Part shown: positions 27,401-40,520 of the stretch, in pieces
Layout of the letters: each line of letters begins with the position of its first letter
Numbering within the stretch: the first letter of the stretch is position 1
DNA from: Raillietiella orientalis
Lineage: Eukaryota
Direction of reading: 5' to 3'
NCBI GenBank assembly: GCA_036172245.1
Contig: JAYWIR010000013.1
Span: 62,001-126,000 of the forward strand
DNA length: 64,000 bases
Program-made: the position numbers and the translations under genes
Notes under the pieces: generated by a model
What the model was told of the DNA's origin: nothing
What the model saw: the letters and a program-made list of their open reading frames with translations, nothing else
Databases searched by the model: none

Positions 27401-30012
27401 CGCAAAGAATGCCAGAAGGCAGGTCAGGAAGAACAGGCGGTGCCACTGCCGCGACGCTTCGTCGACGCTTCCCTTTCTGTCCGCTTGACCAACGAGCTCG
27501 CGCGCTCCCTGCGTGCACGGTGACCGTTCTTCCCGCGAACCAACGGAGCTTCTTCCTTCCGCTGCTCGGCAATTCGCGGACGTCCGAGACTTTAGGTCTT
27601 TGTCTCCAGTTCGTAAACTGCCCACGCCCGCAGCATCCCGAAAGATCGCTTCCATCTCTTCGTGCCCGAACGCGTTCCAACGTGCGTGGGGCAGCTGCGA
27701 GCCTGGACGGACGGGCTCCTCGCCCTTCTCTGCAATCCTCCATCGGTCCTCTGTCTCCTCTCCGGGGATGCTGGGTTTCCCAGCACGGCTCTCCTCCAGC
27801 CCCCATTCCGATCACGGGTGGGTGCGAAGTCCTCCCTACTGACGAGAGATGCCGAACATCGCCTTCTTCGCGTCTTCCCTGCTGTCTCCCGCGGAGATGG
27901 TCCCTCTCCTGCTTGAAGCAGGGAGCGGTTGCGAATCCGCCTGGAGCGGGAGGCTGGCGCTGGGACATTCCAGGAAGCCCAGGCAGCGCGTTTCAGAATC
28001 GCTCGCGTCCCTTTTGCATGCAAATGGGGGCGTGGGAACATGTGGCCGACGTGTCCGTGAAGGGTGCTCCATCCTCATGGTTTCCGCACGGAACAAACGC
28101 GTAGGATGCCTTTCGTTTCGCAGCGGGGTTGTTGTCACGGAGACGGTTCGAAGGAACGCGCGAGAAAGCGTCCGCGTGAGGCGACGGAGCCGCCTCCCGG
28201 TCGCGCAAGCACTTCCTCCAACATCCAGAAAACGGGTACTCACTGTGACCGAATCCTGAGAAAGAAAACCCGAGATTGCTCCTGAGCCGTACTCGAGAAG
28301 GAAAGGATATCCGTTCCTTTTGTAGGTACTCGAGTACTGACCGTGAAATCTTCTGTGGATATCTGAAAGGAGGGACAGCGTTACTCTATGTGTCTCTGAC
28401 CACCAGTTATTTACCACAGGATCTGTCGACGTGAGAGCACAGCCAGCTGCGCAGCCAAAGATCGGCGGAACCGGTGTCGAACACGACCCTGAATGCCTGT
28501 GGCGGTGTCCCCACCTGAATCTCCCCAGTGTAAGCCAACTAAATCGGCAGGAGGAAAAAACACTCAGCTAGCAAAGACATCCAGCTGCCTGCATTCATCC
28601 CGCAGCCGGAAGCATTGGCGCTGTGGGAATCCTCCCTGCTACCTGCATGGGGAAATCACGAAAAGCTGCACTGCGATAGACCGCGAGATGATCCATGCAT
28701 GAGCAGCTTTCGTGAGGTGCAGCATCCGGCTGGGCAGAATCTCTTTCTCTCCCAGCGGAGAAAGCCCATTTGACAAGAAAAGTGGGCCAAATGGACTATT
28801 CAACACATTTCGCGACACATTTGAAATTTGCGGCGGTGTCTTTTGCCGTCAAAAAACACCGCGGTGCGGCAGCGGAAGTCCACTGGTGTTCGCTTTACGC
28901 CCACCTCCTTACGTTTCGAATGTTGCGGAGTGCGGCGCTCCTGGAGAAGTTTGGACTTTTCTTCTGCTGCGTGCGCGACCTGCCGACTCTTGGCTCAGAA
29001 TGCGTGCTCTGCTGCAAAGGTGTCCTTCCGCCCAGCTGCTCCAGGAAGCTCCCGTCCCTACTCGTTCTCCTCAGCGGGATGCTAACGCTGGGGGTGGACA
29101 ACAGGCAGAGTGTGACGCCCTGTTCCCGTAGCGCGTGGGTGTCGGAAACGGAGAGGACCACGCACCCCGCGTCTGTCGCTCGCCATCTCCACATCGCGCA
29201 TGCCCGGGGCGCCGGAAAGGGGGTCGACCGGGGGGTGGGCGGCGACGAAATGGTGGAGTAGTTCTCGCACCACCTTCCAGCACAGCTCCCAGCCCACCGC
29301 TCTGCCGAGCTGCGAGTCGGACAGCGCCCCTCCGGATGCGCGTGAGCCGGTGTGGTGCGGTTTGGCGCTCACGTGGTTCCGGACCAAACGCGGCGCGCTC
29401 CCTTCCACGACCACGCCGCCGAGACTCCGGTGCACAGAAAGCTACACCGTCTTCACGGGACTCGCCGCGTCCCGACGTCCGCGGAGGGACACCTCGCGCG
29501 TCCGTCGTCGGAAACGCGTCGCTTGCTTGCTCGTCGTCGGGACAACGGGATCGCGGAGCACCCGGTGCAGAGGCCGACAGCGGATGGCAGGAATTTCTGC
29601 ACGGCCGGCGGCAAGCGGAAAAAGTGGCGGAGAAGGAGTCCGTCTTCCCGGTACGCAAAGGAGCGCCTTTGCGTACCGGGAAGAGAGACGTTTCGGCGAC
29701 CGACGCGACCTTCCTGCATCCGCAAAGCGTAGGATGCTTCGGAAGTGCCGAGGGAGCGCCCGGATTCCGGCCGGAAGTGCTGTCTCCGTCAAGCGTCGGT
29801 GGTTGCCGGGGAAGCACAGCAGCGTCCGTCGCGGGCGCTCGGGTATTTCGAGCGTCAGGAATCGCGCGCCGGCCGCGCGGTAGGAAGGAGGAGGGGGGCA
29901 CGAAGGTTTACCTGACTCCAGCATGACGACCGTGTGCCCGGGCCCAAGCTGCTGTGTTCATGAGAGCTACGCCCAAGACGAGGACGACGCCGAGTAGGTG
30001 CGAGGCAGCCAT
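24479..30012 (-). CDS. Pepsin-family (A1) aspartic protease, cathepsin D/E-like; 9 exons, ~414 aa, with signal peptide and propeptide
   Basis: Exons 30012-29912, 29087-28913, 28538-28415, 28362-28244, 26936-26740, 25161-25039, 24972-24822, 24777-24685, 24640-24479 (1245 nt, GT-AG, in frame). Motifs: [105 protein letters not shown] at ~24433-24438. Confidence 0.95.
25570..25780 (-). repeat. Dispersed GC-rich, internally palindromic repeat family with (TTAGG)3; relatives at ~3380-3480, 40070-40320 and 44880-45130
   Basis: Recurring ccctccggaggg/ggaccc..gggtcc/gaaccctgaagg motifs; cctaacctaacctaa at 25761-25775. Confidence 0.5.
25940..26100 (-). mobile_element. tRNA-derived SINE-like copy inside intron 5 of the aspartic protease
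   Basis: Minus strand tggctgcggtcttcgcgcatagtaccgagcgttgtgggttggaatcccgtccgaggaagg matches the copies at 32215 and 44455. Confidence 0.55.
29643..29684. repeat. Perfect 19-bp inverted repeat with a 4-nt loop in intron 1 of the aspartic protease
   Basis: tcttcccggtacgcaaagg-agcg-cctttgcgtaccgggaaga. Confidence 0.95.
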
Positions 30013-31049
30013 GCCCTGAAATGCAACAGAGGTTGGGGTTTGAGTCCTCCCGCGAGCATCCCGCATCCGGGAAGACGTGTCCTCTTTTCCGAGCACGGCA
30101 TCGTTCACGAGGAATTTTTCCGCTCCCTGCCGCCCCCGTGCTTTGATGTCCGGCTGCCTGCGGTCGAATCTCCACGGGCTGCTTGCGCCGCACTTATGCT
30201 GAGAGCACGTTGATAAATGGAGCACCCGTAGCATTTTTGTGTTCTTCCAAGTGAGAGCCACTGCGCGTGGCTCTGCACTTGAGGCTTCGAAATGGTTCCG
30301 CGCATATGGGAAGGGGCAGCTGCTGACCGGTGTTTCGGATGCGCTTTCGCTGCCGTGCACACGTCGATGTGGTCCGCGTGTGCACTGGTTCGCGGCTCCA
30401 GGGAACCTTTGGGGTGTTTCAGCGCTGCGGAAACAATGAACGTGAGTGGAAAGCACACATTCCAAGTCGCATTCCTTTTCCAAACGACTCCCTTTCCCGC
30501 CAAAGTGAGCTGTCCGCAAAATCAAGTCACTTTCACTATCTGGAAGAAGGCGGCAGGATTGTGCACTCTCTTGGAACTTTGCAGAGGGGTTCTGTGCTTT
30601 AATCCCGGTTGTGCTTCGGAGCTGCTCAGAATTTCAAGTGCATGTTCCTCTGGAATGCCTACTTTCGTATTGTCTGCGTCTGTTTGCTGGGAAAATGCTG
30701 CACCTCGTGAGTATAGTCGATGTTTCCGCTGCACACTCGTTGCTCGGAGACTGCACCTTGCGCTGCTAGTTGGCATACCTTTCGGAATTTCCCCATTTTC
30801 TTGAACTCCAATACTCTTGGTAGGTCAAGACTCCAGAAATTTGACAGCAACTTCGATAACTAATGCTTCGATTTCTTGTGTTGTTGCGTTTTTTTTTTTT
30901 TTGACTCTTACGAAGGCATGCAAAGACTCAGCAATGGGTCACTACTTTTGGCCATTGGGAATCCCGTGCAATTCTTTTGCTGCCCTCCACGTTCTTCCAG
31001 ATTTGTTTGCTTTTTACGTTTTTTTTGGCTCGACAAGTACCCACGAACT

Positions 31050-31310
31050 GCTGCTTCACTCCATGGGGACATGGGAGAGGCCCCACAACATCGCCACATG
31101 CGAGCCAGCAAGGTTCCCTTCCCCTGTCCCGAGGTGCGCGTGGAGAGAGGATGGGTACCCACTGGCAATTCCCTGTTAATCAATGGAGCCATCCTGTCAA
31201 TGCACATCTGAAGCACGGACCATCCCAGCGCCATCGTGCAGGAAGTCTAGAAACTCACCACTCATCCAACTCGGAGTCGTGTGTTCGAATGCGAGGCGCT
31301 TGGTGCCGCG
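31050..31310 (+). repeat. Dispersed repeat; diverged inverted copy at ~34110-34395
   Basis: Both copies translate to PVNAHxKHGPSQRHRAGSLETH; shared ttcccctgtcccgaggtg.gcgtggagag.ggatg. Confidence 0.85.
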
Positions 31311-32214
31311 CGCGGACGCCTGCCCATGTGTTCTCCTGGGTTTCTGAAAGCGAAAGGACGAGCGCGTGGTTGCAGCACTCTCCCTATCTTCACTTTCTCC
31401 TTCTTAAACGCTGCAGCTGAGCCTTTCAATGGGCAGCTGCAGAGTGGATCAACCTGATTTCCCTGCTCGGACCGAGTTTGGGTCACGACGAGGCGACTCC
31501 ACAGCCGCAGGTCCTTTGGTCGAGTACCAAAAGCTTCCGTTTTCCCTGCTATTCCTTCGCGACGCATTTCATCAAGTAGCCGCTCCTTCTAGCTGGGAGA
31601 AACTGAGAGCTGGCTATGCTGCGCGCAAGCGCCTCGCCCTACGCAAGACACCGGCGGCATGACTTCACGCCCTCTCCCCCCCCCAAACACAACACCGTTT
31701 TCCGTTCGTTTCCCAGCTCTTTCTCGAATAGGTAGAAGATGGAGATGGGAGAAAACACGGTCGTGAAGTTCTCGTCCATTGAAGCGTAGGTGCTCCCGTT
31801 GGCGAAGAAGCCACTGCCGCCTGGATGCTGGGTCCAGCTGCACAGGGAACTTCTCAAGAGATCCTCATGCCCTCTATCGTCCACTTCTAGCAGACGGAGG
31901 AGTCCACGATATGTTTCGGGTGATGTGCGCGACGGAACTCTGGATACAAGCGGTGATTAGCTAGAGGACTCCGGTGTAGGGACCTTTGCAACGTAACCGC
32001 CCACTTCTGGAACACGCGGTAAGCTCTAGCTCTTCTGAGCATCAGAAGCACCTTCTCAAGATGGAAGTGAGGAATTGTGGGTGGAGCGTCCTGTTAGGTT
32101 GCCTGATAATCGCTGCGTTGTTCATCTTTTAAGTATGGTCGGTGCCTCTGCCCGATTTTTCTGGGCCCTCAGTCAAGGTTGCTCGCGGCCACGGAAAGAG
32201 CTGGACGTTCGCCC

Positions 32215-32505
32215 TTGTCTGTGGCCGTATGACTGAGGACCCGGCGCGTGGCACCGAGAGTTGCGGGTTCCAATCCCACCCGAGGAAGGATCAATCGATG
32301 CCGAGAAATCGGTTGTGACCTAGGTTTCGAGTCCCCCCTGAAGATGACTCTCGCTGGCCTTAGGGGCTTCGTGTGCGGCAATGGTGGAAGCTGGATACTC
32401 CCGTTGATTGTCTGGAATTGGAAGGTTGACCCTCTAAGGTCATTCCAGCAATCAACGATCCGGTCACATCTCACCCTTGGGGTGCCCCTCCGGTTGTGAA
32501 AATAG
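32215..32505 (+). mobile_element. tRNA-derived SINE-like copy
   Basis: A-box-like tggccgtatgactga and B-box-like gggttccaatccc; body similar to 44540-44730. Confidence 0.6.
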
Positions 32506-32749
32506 ACGTTTTCGTGAGGGGCGCAATCATTCGGGCAGGTGCTGCTCCTGGGAAACTCCTCATACTTCTGGGCCAAGGTGACAATTCCGTACCCTCAAGA
32601 CCGTTAAGGACTGAGATCCGGCAACTCGCACGGAGGAAGCGACACGCCCGGGTTGATCACGACTGCGTGCAATCTTCAGGAACTCAGCAGTTCTGAGGGG
32701 AACTTCTCAGTCCTCTTCGTGCTGATCCGTGAGGGGCATCCGGCATGCT

Positions 32750-33900
32750 GAAGACGTCCTTCAGTACTTCGCGCGGATGCTTTCCTCGAGCCGTTTATTG
32801 GATGAGACCCTTCTGCCAGTCTCTTCAGCCAGATGAGAGGAGTGGACGAACCACTACCGACTCACTGTCGTTTTCTTGCTAATCACAAACGCGAGCTGTC
32901 CATGGAGAAGGGCAACGGTGAGCAGTGACTCGCGCCTGAGGAAGAGGTCCTCGAAGAAGTCGATAAGATGCGAGTGGAGATCCTCGCATCCGTCCGTGCA
33001 TCCCCTTTCTTCTCTCTGGTCCACTCCGGCAGACTCTTGAGAACACGGTAGCCAGTTGGCGAACGGCGAGCGAGGAGACCGTCAGGAAGGAGGCATCCTC
33101 TTCAGGAGGCAAGCAGGAGATCATACTCCAAATAGGCAACCGCTGAAGCAAGAGCAATGAAGGGATGGACTGCCGGGAGCTTTGCTCCCATGTCTTATCT
33201 CCTATAATCCTCCCGACATGCCGACCATTGAAGCACAGTTGTCTCCTTGCCTGTACGCACCTCACCACAGTCGGGTTGCGGCCACAGCTGTGGTCGGGCA
33301 GCAGAGATTCAGCCTCAGAGCAGCGGCGGCGAAGGCGCCATGCCGATTCCACGATCGTTCAAAAGGCTCATGAGGAAGTCAAGTGGAGCGCCCGTTGCAC
33401 TGCTTCCTCCCCTCAGGTCTCTTCGCTCTGCCCCGGATGTCATCGAGGAAGGTCACGCGCGGGTCTTCCTAGGGGCTGACGGTCTCGCGGGAAGAGACTT
33501 CGGCCTTCCTCTAAGGTAGGAAGACATCGGTTTGCAGACGACGAGGTGTGAAGCTGTCGCGTCATGCACGAAACCTCCCTCTCTGCAGAGAATGGTTTTG
33601 CAAGCAGTGCGCAGTAAGTGCAGTGGCTGTGGCCCCTCGACTGCCGCAGCAGCCCGCTACTGTCTCAAGCAGAGAGAAAGGCTGTTCGCCCATGTGCTCA
33701 AGGCCAACCATCGCTGAGCAACAGTCCAACCAGCCACCGGATGGGACATCGACTTCGCCTTTCACCATGCGCAAGAGATCTCGAGAAAACGAGCTTTGGC
33801 AGGCAATCAGTGTTGAAGAGTTCTTGCGTCTCAGGAAGAAACCGAGGAATGCTCTAGAAGCCGATGAGGGGAGAGGGGCCAAAATTCGTTGCTCGTTTTT
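32750..33900 (-). mobile_element. Decayed L1-like 3' fragment
   Basis: Weak post-RT motifs only; stops and frameshifts. Confidence 0.25.
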
Positions 33901-34109
33901 TGTGCAACGGTGAATCAGCCCTTTAAAGGGAAGGACTGACAAAGTGAGGATAGCAGCAACCCATGAGTACCAGAAAGGAGGGGAATATTACTCGATGGTG
34001 AAGACGAGTTACGTCGTGTCTTGAACACTCCAAACTGGAAGAAATCATGAACATCGTTCCCATAGCCTCAGAAACAAATCCCAGACAAGATCTCGTTTGG
34101 CAGCCGTGA

Positions 34110-34395
34110 GTCCACGCGCCTCGGGTTCGAACACACGCAAAGGATCGACGCCGAGTTGGATGCGTCGTGAGTTTCGAGACTTCCCGCACGATGGCGCTGG
34201 GATGGCCCGTGCTTCGGATGTGCATTGACAGGACGCGCTAAGCATCCGCTGCCGGATGGCCCCATTGATTAGCAAGGAATTGTTAGTGGGTCCTCATCCC
34301 CTCTCCACGCACACCTCGGGACAGGGGAAGGAGCCTTGCAGGCTCAAATGTGGCAATGTTGTGGAGCCTCTCCCATGCTCCCATGGTGTGAAACC
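34110..34395 (-). repeat. Inverted copy of the repeat at 31050-31310
   Basis: Reverse-complement similarity. Confidence 0.85.
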
Positions 34396-34449
34396 CAGAG
34401 GGTGACTACTTAGTCGAGAGTGCACAAATTAGGATACGAAAATTTCGTG

Positions 34450-37400
34450 GTTTTTCCACGGTAAGCTGCACATCCGAGGCTGGACCGCACCGAAAACAAT
34501 CGGGAAGCACGAAGGAAGGCTTCTCCTTCTTCATTGGCTAGTGCGTTCCTCTTGCCTCCTCCCAACCTCCATCATATCAAAGGAAGGAATCTACCTGAAA
34601 CCTCTATTTTTTCTCAACTAGTGACCCCAGCAAAAATGGGTCAATCTTTTCTTTAATATGGGATTCCGAAACGCGTTTTTATCACGAGAAAAGAGTGCCA
34701 TCCCTGAGGCAGCGCTGATCCACGCGTTCGATACCACCACGGAAAAAAATCTCCGGGAAGAGAATTCGGCAAATGCGTTTGTGATCTCCGCGCGTTCCTG
34801 CAGCAACGGGACACTCTCCACCTCAAAGAAACTGTAACTGAGAGCACGTTTGTTAGGACGCTGAACTGCTACCCCGAAGATGGCGTCAAAGAGGGACACC
34901 AAAGAGTAGTGACAGCTTCAACCATTCTCTCGCTGCTGAAATTGGGGCGAGAAGACCAGCGCACAATTGACGGAAATTCTCCTGTTCTTGACGCTCGGCG
35001 GAGCGTCGAGGCGACAGTCATTGAAAGGCAGTCATTAAGGCATCAGATTCCTCAACCCAGGCATCGGGGAAGGTGTTAGTAGAGACGAGGAATCCAGCAC
35101 GAAAAAGGCATGAGGGACAAACCTTGACCTCCCATTTATGGTGATCGGTCGCGGAGACAGGACAGCACTTTGTAAGATGGCCAAACTCTGGTCGTTACCT
35201 GCTGCCACTCTTGTGTTTCCTTTTCTGTTTTCGGAGGCATTCACCGACGAAGAGTGGGAGTATGGTGCGAGGGCACGCTCATTTGTCTTGAACCACAATG
35301 CAGATCACACGGGTCGTTGCTGCCACAACACTGCCTACGCGGCCGAATGCGTCCACAGAAAAATAAAACATCTTCCTATCTACAAAATCACTCAGCAGTT
35401 ACTCCCCACTTCTACTGCTCCAATCAGAAACGAGGAGGAAAATGTCCTCTGCCACTGATGCACCTAGAAACGGGCTCAAATATGGCGACGTCAATGAAAG
35501 CAAAGGCGTAGATCCATCCCACATTCCGAGCCTCCCTAGAATAGGATACAAGCAAAAACAGCTCTCCTCGTAGCTGAAGATTCATATGGTAGCCAATCAA
35601 AGGGCAAAGATTCCCGATTCACGTAAGGAAAGCAGATAAGGAAAACACGTTTCTCTGGTTTTTGTTAGCTCCAAGACAAAAGATTGTAATGTCTGCGTCC
35701 AGTTCTGCAATGGCACTGCTAAAACTCAGGCAGAATTCCTCTTTGCGCAATGCGAAGAAGAGAAAATTGAAACGGAGAAGAAATTATACTTTCCACTGGC
35801 ATCCGCAGTGCTTCTTTCGTGCTTTCATTGCGAAGAAAGTGATTCTGTAGTCTCTGGTGGTACTGTTAGCTATTCTCGGGATTGGAATTCGTGGCAACAG
35901 CACCACGACTTCCAGTCCCGAGAATAGCTTGGTTAAATAGTGAGGGAGCCTTCCTTTGCTCTCCATTTTGAATGCCGTCAGCTCTTCATTTCATTATTCC
36001 AGTGTGCATACCAAAGAGTACAAACGGCCTGTAAATCGAAAGGTCATCTCAGAAACTGAAGTCGATTTTCATTAACCCCACTGACTTTTGGATACCATAG
36101 CTGGTTGCCAGCATCACATGTCCACCTTCATAGAAGTTGTTGATTTGCATTCCAAACACCGGGTATCAACAGCTTCTATCTTCATTGTCAGGGGGAAATC
36201 GATCGCTTGCTCAGGAGGGCAGACTCTTTGGATAAAGGGCGCAGATGCATTTCTAGGTAGCACCTCTTCGCTAACGCGTCTAACGCCAACCACGCAGCGG
36301 TGGGAAACCTGCGGCCCGTAACGTCCTTTGCCTCAAGGACGACTTGAAATCGAAGCAAGTTTGTCCGTGCGAATCGAGTGCTTCACATTTACACATTAAC
36401 CATCGATACGGATCGTGAAGATCTCACAGGTTCACAAAGAGAGCTGCACATGGTTTGATAAGATCTATACGATTAAGGACATGTGTACATTTATGTACTG
36501 TGATGGGTGAATTTTTTTTTTTTGCTTCAGTATGTTGAATATCTACATGAATAGCGCCCTTGAAGGGTCAAATCCTGATGTAGGGAAGCAGACCACACGA
36601 TGATGACGGGCAGTTTTAGTTTTCTTGGACAACTTTTGCATCAGAGGCAAATGTCCCACCTGTCGTGGGTCTGTTGTGGCTTCGGAGAAAAGGAACCCGG
36701 AAAGGAATTTCAACACGATAGAGGAAGAGGTCACGCATCCTACTGGCGATGCGCGAAAGAGGAGGGCGTGTGCGGATGTGCTTCGGACCACTCTGGAACT
36801 GCAAGGCAGCTGGTGGCAAATCCCGGATTGAAAATCACACAACCGTGTATCCAAGCTGCGCACTCAATGAATTCATCCTTAGTCGTCTTCAGCCACACTC
36901 GGAAGGACCGCACGCTGGAAAACAACTCGAAGCTGCTCCGAGGCGAGCATGCACGGGCACGCACGAGGTCAATTCGTTCGTCACAGCTAGTTGGTCCTGC
37001 ATAGCTGTTATACCTGGAAGAACTGACGAGATGGCGACCAGTCGGATAGCCGCCGCATTGGCACAGCGTATTCGTTCGTTTTCTCATCTCTGGCACTGGA
37101 TCAGACAGCTGATATCTCAAGTACCACTTAGCTGTCCATTTTTCTTGTAGGAAGGGAAGGAGAAGCGATTCGCTCCAATTCCTCCCGCTTCAAGGAACCT
37201 CCACAGAAAAAGCTGGTTTCGAGGAAGGAAAACGAAAATTTTCCAAGATGAGCAAGTTCTGAGTGCAGCTACAGGTGGGCGCTCCGTCGAGGGTTGGTCA
37301 CGTCGGAGCTGAGTGGACGTGATTTCGTGGTGTATGTTGTGCGTGTAGCCGGGAGAAACCGGTCGAGTCGTTCATGCGATTGTGGTTCCACACTTCGGGA

Positions 37401-38700
37401 ATTGCGTGAAGCTTGGGGTGCTAATTGGTCCACAGCTGTGTGGAGCACGGATATTCCCAAATCGGATACCACGCGAAAGGTTCTTCCGCAAAAGGGTCAA
37501 GGAGATGGTTTGAACCGATGTGTAAGCCACAATGGACGTTCTTCCGGAGCTCTGCCAATGGTTGGTAACCCAGTCAAGGCGTTGCTTTTTGTTGAAGTAG
37601 TGAATGAATTGCAAGGAAGGAAGCGAGATCTCTCCTAAAAAACATCCGGATGCTGAGCGTCCAAATTCCGTTTGGAGGGAGAGCTGACGAAAGGGAACGA
37701 CAAACAAACACAAAAGGAAAGTTTACATGGCTGTGAGTGGACACCAGAGATGGGTTCAATAGATCAACTTCCCACTGCTGAGATCTCTCTCCATGCGAGG
37801 GATCTCTTTGCTGTCATTCGTGGTAAGGAGACATCGCCTGCTGGCTAGGAGCACCATGGCGGTCTCCAGAGGCACAGCCTCTTCATTTTCCTGTAGTGTT
37901 TTTCGACTGAGGTATGCTATCAAGATGCCACGAAAGTCATCAAGATCGCCTTTAAGAGCCTTTGGGGAAGATACAAACACTTGCAGTGTCCGGTAGGATA
38001 TTGGCTAGCGTTTTTCACCCCGACAGAAGTGCACCACACTCAGGAAGGAGATAAAGCGTGTACCTCACACAATTCTAGAAGGAGCCCTACTAATGACGTT
38101 TAGGACTTCGTGGTCATCTTCATTGCAAGGTGTCGTCGTGTGTGGGAGGAAAAGACAGTACTGAACTGTGCACACAGATCTGAGAGTACCGGCAACTTTT
38201 CCAGAAGGGTTCGTCTCTGTAACGAAGCACCTACTAGAAAGACTGCCTCCTTATTCTTGCCTCAAACACTTGATTCAGGAACAACTTCAGGAGTTCTCCA
38301 AGAGAAGCTTCTGGGGTGGTTTTAGGCAGCAGGGGAATGAGGTTGTTGGCGCAAATCGCCAAACCAGTAGCTCAGAGTGAGAGCTTAGTGGCGGTGTATC
38401 TAAGTTCAACGTCAACTGCAATTGGGCGCTAAGCAATGTGTCTCCTTGCCTGATGCCACGTATGTGGCGACCGCCGAAGATCCCTTAGGATGTCATGCAA
38501 GCGAGATGAGTGGGGAATCAAGGAGCACCAGGAGCTGCGAGAGGATCTTTGAGTCATCGCAGTCGAAAGACAGTGGAGATCACCAGAGTACGGCTGCTTC
38601 CACCTGCTAGGAGATCGTGTTCTCCGGCGCGTCTGAGGTCCTTGCTATCCTTCTTGACAGCCTTTCATTGCAGCCTTAGTCAGGCCTGCACAAAGAAAAG
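34450..38700 (+). mobile_element. Decayed BEL/Pao LTR retrotransposon (gag-pol)
   Basis: Cys/His-rich gag remnant at ~35200-35400 (GRCCHNTAYAAECVH); integrase remnants VIFIARCRR and SFWGGF at ~38110-38330. More AT-rich than the flanks; no intact ORF. Confidence 0.5.
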
Positions 38701-39949
38701 CTTGGCTTCTTGCTCCTCTCAGGAGCAGCGTATGATGGCTCTGAGTTAACCGTCGCGTAAGCGCCGCCCATGAACCGAACGACAATTTGACTCCAGCATT
38801 CGCTCAAGAGACCGGATACCAAGGATGCGCAAGTCTCGTCCCTCAGAGAGAAGCCGCTGATCGGAAGGAGACAGGCATCTCGGCCGGTTAGTCCTGCACC
38901 AGGAATCCCTGTGCCTTGCTCCTCTGTCAGACTCCGAGGGAAAAACCATGACGTGACGCCGTCCCTTGCAGGAGTCATGGGCTTAAGTTTTCCGCTTAAC
39001 GGCCACAAAAACCTCCTCCACCGAGAAGGGCTCTTCGGGATGCACGCCCTTTTCCTTCCTCGGGACAGGGCTCCCTTGGGCATCAGCCGCCTGACAATAA
39101 TGAGCTCCACAGGCGCCCATGCATAGGGGGCAAGAATGACACCGGACTACTTAGCGCTGCAGGTGAGCTGAAAACGGGCGCTCCCTGTCGAGCTTTCCTG
39201 GCAGACCAACTTCCTCGGGCTGCATACTCCTCAAGGTGGCGCAAATAGACTCGTCTGGAGAAGATGCGCCCATGGAAAGGGGGCTGCGTTATCTGCAGCT
39301 CTCTTTGCAAATCTTCAAGGCGGCAGGCTCGTCGAACAGCGAAGGGGTGTAAGATGCTACCTGAATGGACCACCAGCTGCGGACGAAGATGACAAGAATC
39401 TCCCCTATCTCCTATTGGCTCAGCCAGTTCCACGGAGCCCGCCGGACACTAGCGGGAGACCCTTCTCCTGGTGACTGAGGAGCCAGATTGATCACGGGAT
39501 GGTTGAATCAATGGGCACGATGAAGGTGGGCTGCTTCCCTGCCTTGAGGATCAGGTTTCCCAGGAAGAAACTGGGGCCACCCCCAGATTCGAAAACCCAA
39601 AGATTTTTCGAATTTGAGGGTGTCCTGGACCGTATGGAACGCTTCCGACGGCTACCATGGACCTCCTTATCCCCGTGGAGACCCGCAACTCGTGTTCGTG
39701 GCCCTCAGACAGGTCGTTAGCTGTGGCGTTCGTTTGGTCTGCGGGAACCTAGCGCACTTTTTTCCAGGTTCCTAATTCTGGCCGCTTCTGGGTAACGGAA
39801 CCAGTGAGGAGTGAGTCGCCATTACTTCCAGAGTTCACCTGGTTCCCCGGTGGGAGATCCCCTCTGGTTGCGCACAGGAGCGGACTCCACTTGGAGGGGA
39901 CCCTCCGACCCTTGAATCTGTAGGGAATCTGTGAGCCTCTGTGTCGTAT

Positions 39950-40520
39950 CTTGGAATAGGCGTGGTACTTCTTCAGAGTGCAGAGAAGCAAGCCGATTCC
40001 TTTGGGGAAGCAGCGCCCTTCTGAATCTCGGAAGCGTCCCTTCGGAGTTCACTTCAGAGGAGGAGTCAACAGCGAGAGGTTCCCTTTCCGGGGGTCCTTC
40101 CGGAGAAGAAATTCTCGATGAACGGATCCTTTCCTGGTTTTTTCCGGAGAAGAAAAATGGGGAGGACCCTTCCGGGGGTCCCTCTGGAGAGAATAAGGAA
40201 AGAGATTCCCTTCGGGGTTTCCCTTTGGAAACAACCAGGGTGGAGGTGATTTCTTTTTCCGGGGATCCCTCTCCAGGCGTGAAAGGAACGGACTCCGAGC
40301 CCTTTCTGCAATCATAAGGCGGATATCATCTACCTTTGATACTGTTTCACGCCTCCTAGGGTGGCGTGGAACAGAGTCTAAGAGCTGCATGAGCCTGCGT
40401 GGCGCGCGAAAACTCTTGAGGTACTTAGTGAGCCAAAAAAAAGAAAACCTCCGAGAAAAAAAAAAACTGGAAGGAAAACAGCGAAGACAGGAAAGAACCC
40501 AGAAAACTTTCCATTGTCCA
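39950..40520 (+). repeat. Diverged direct repeat of ~44800-45350
   Basis: Same palindromic GC-rich block, then cacgc.tcct.aggtggcgtgga.ca, then A-rich tracts in both copies. Confidence 0.6.

Noticed and set aside
27085..28104. 339-aa + strand ORF and overlapping long ORFs
   Set aside because: They lie within intron 4 of the aspartic protease, are Arg/Pro/Ser-rich with no domain, and are typical GC-rich spurious frames.
29071..29926. Overlapping 227-276 aa ORFs on both strands
   Set aside because: GC-rich intron 1 of the protease; low-complexity translations.
40070..40320. CRISPR-like array of palindromic repeats
   Set aside because: Units are degenerate and irregular, there are no cas genes, and the context is eukaryotic.
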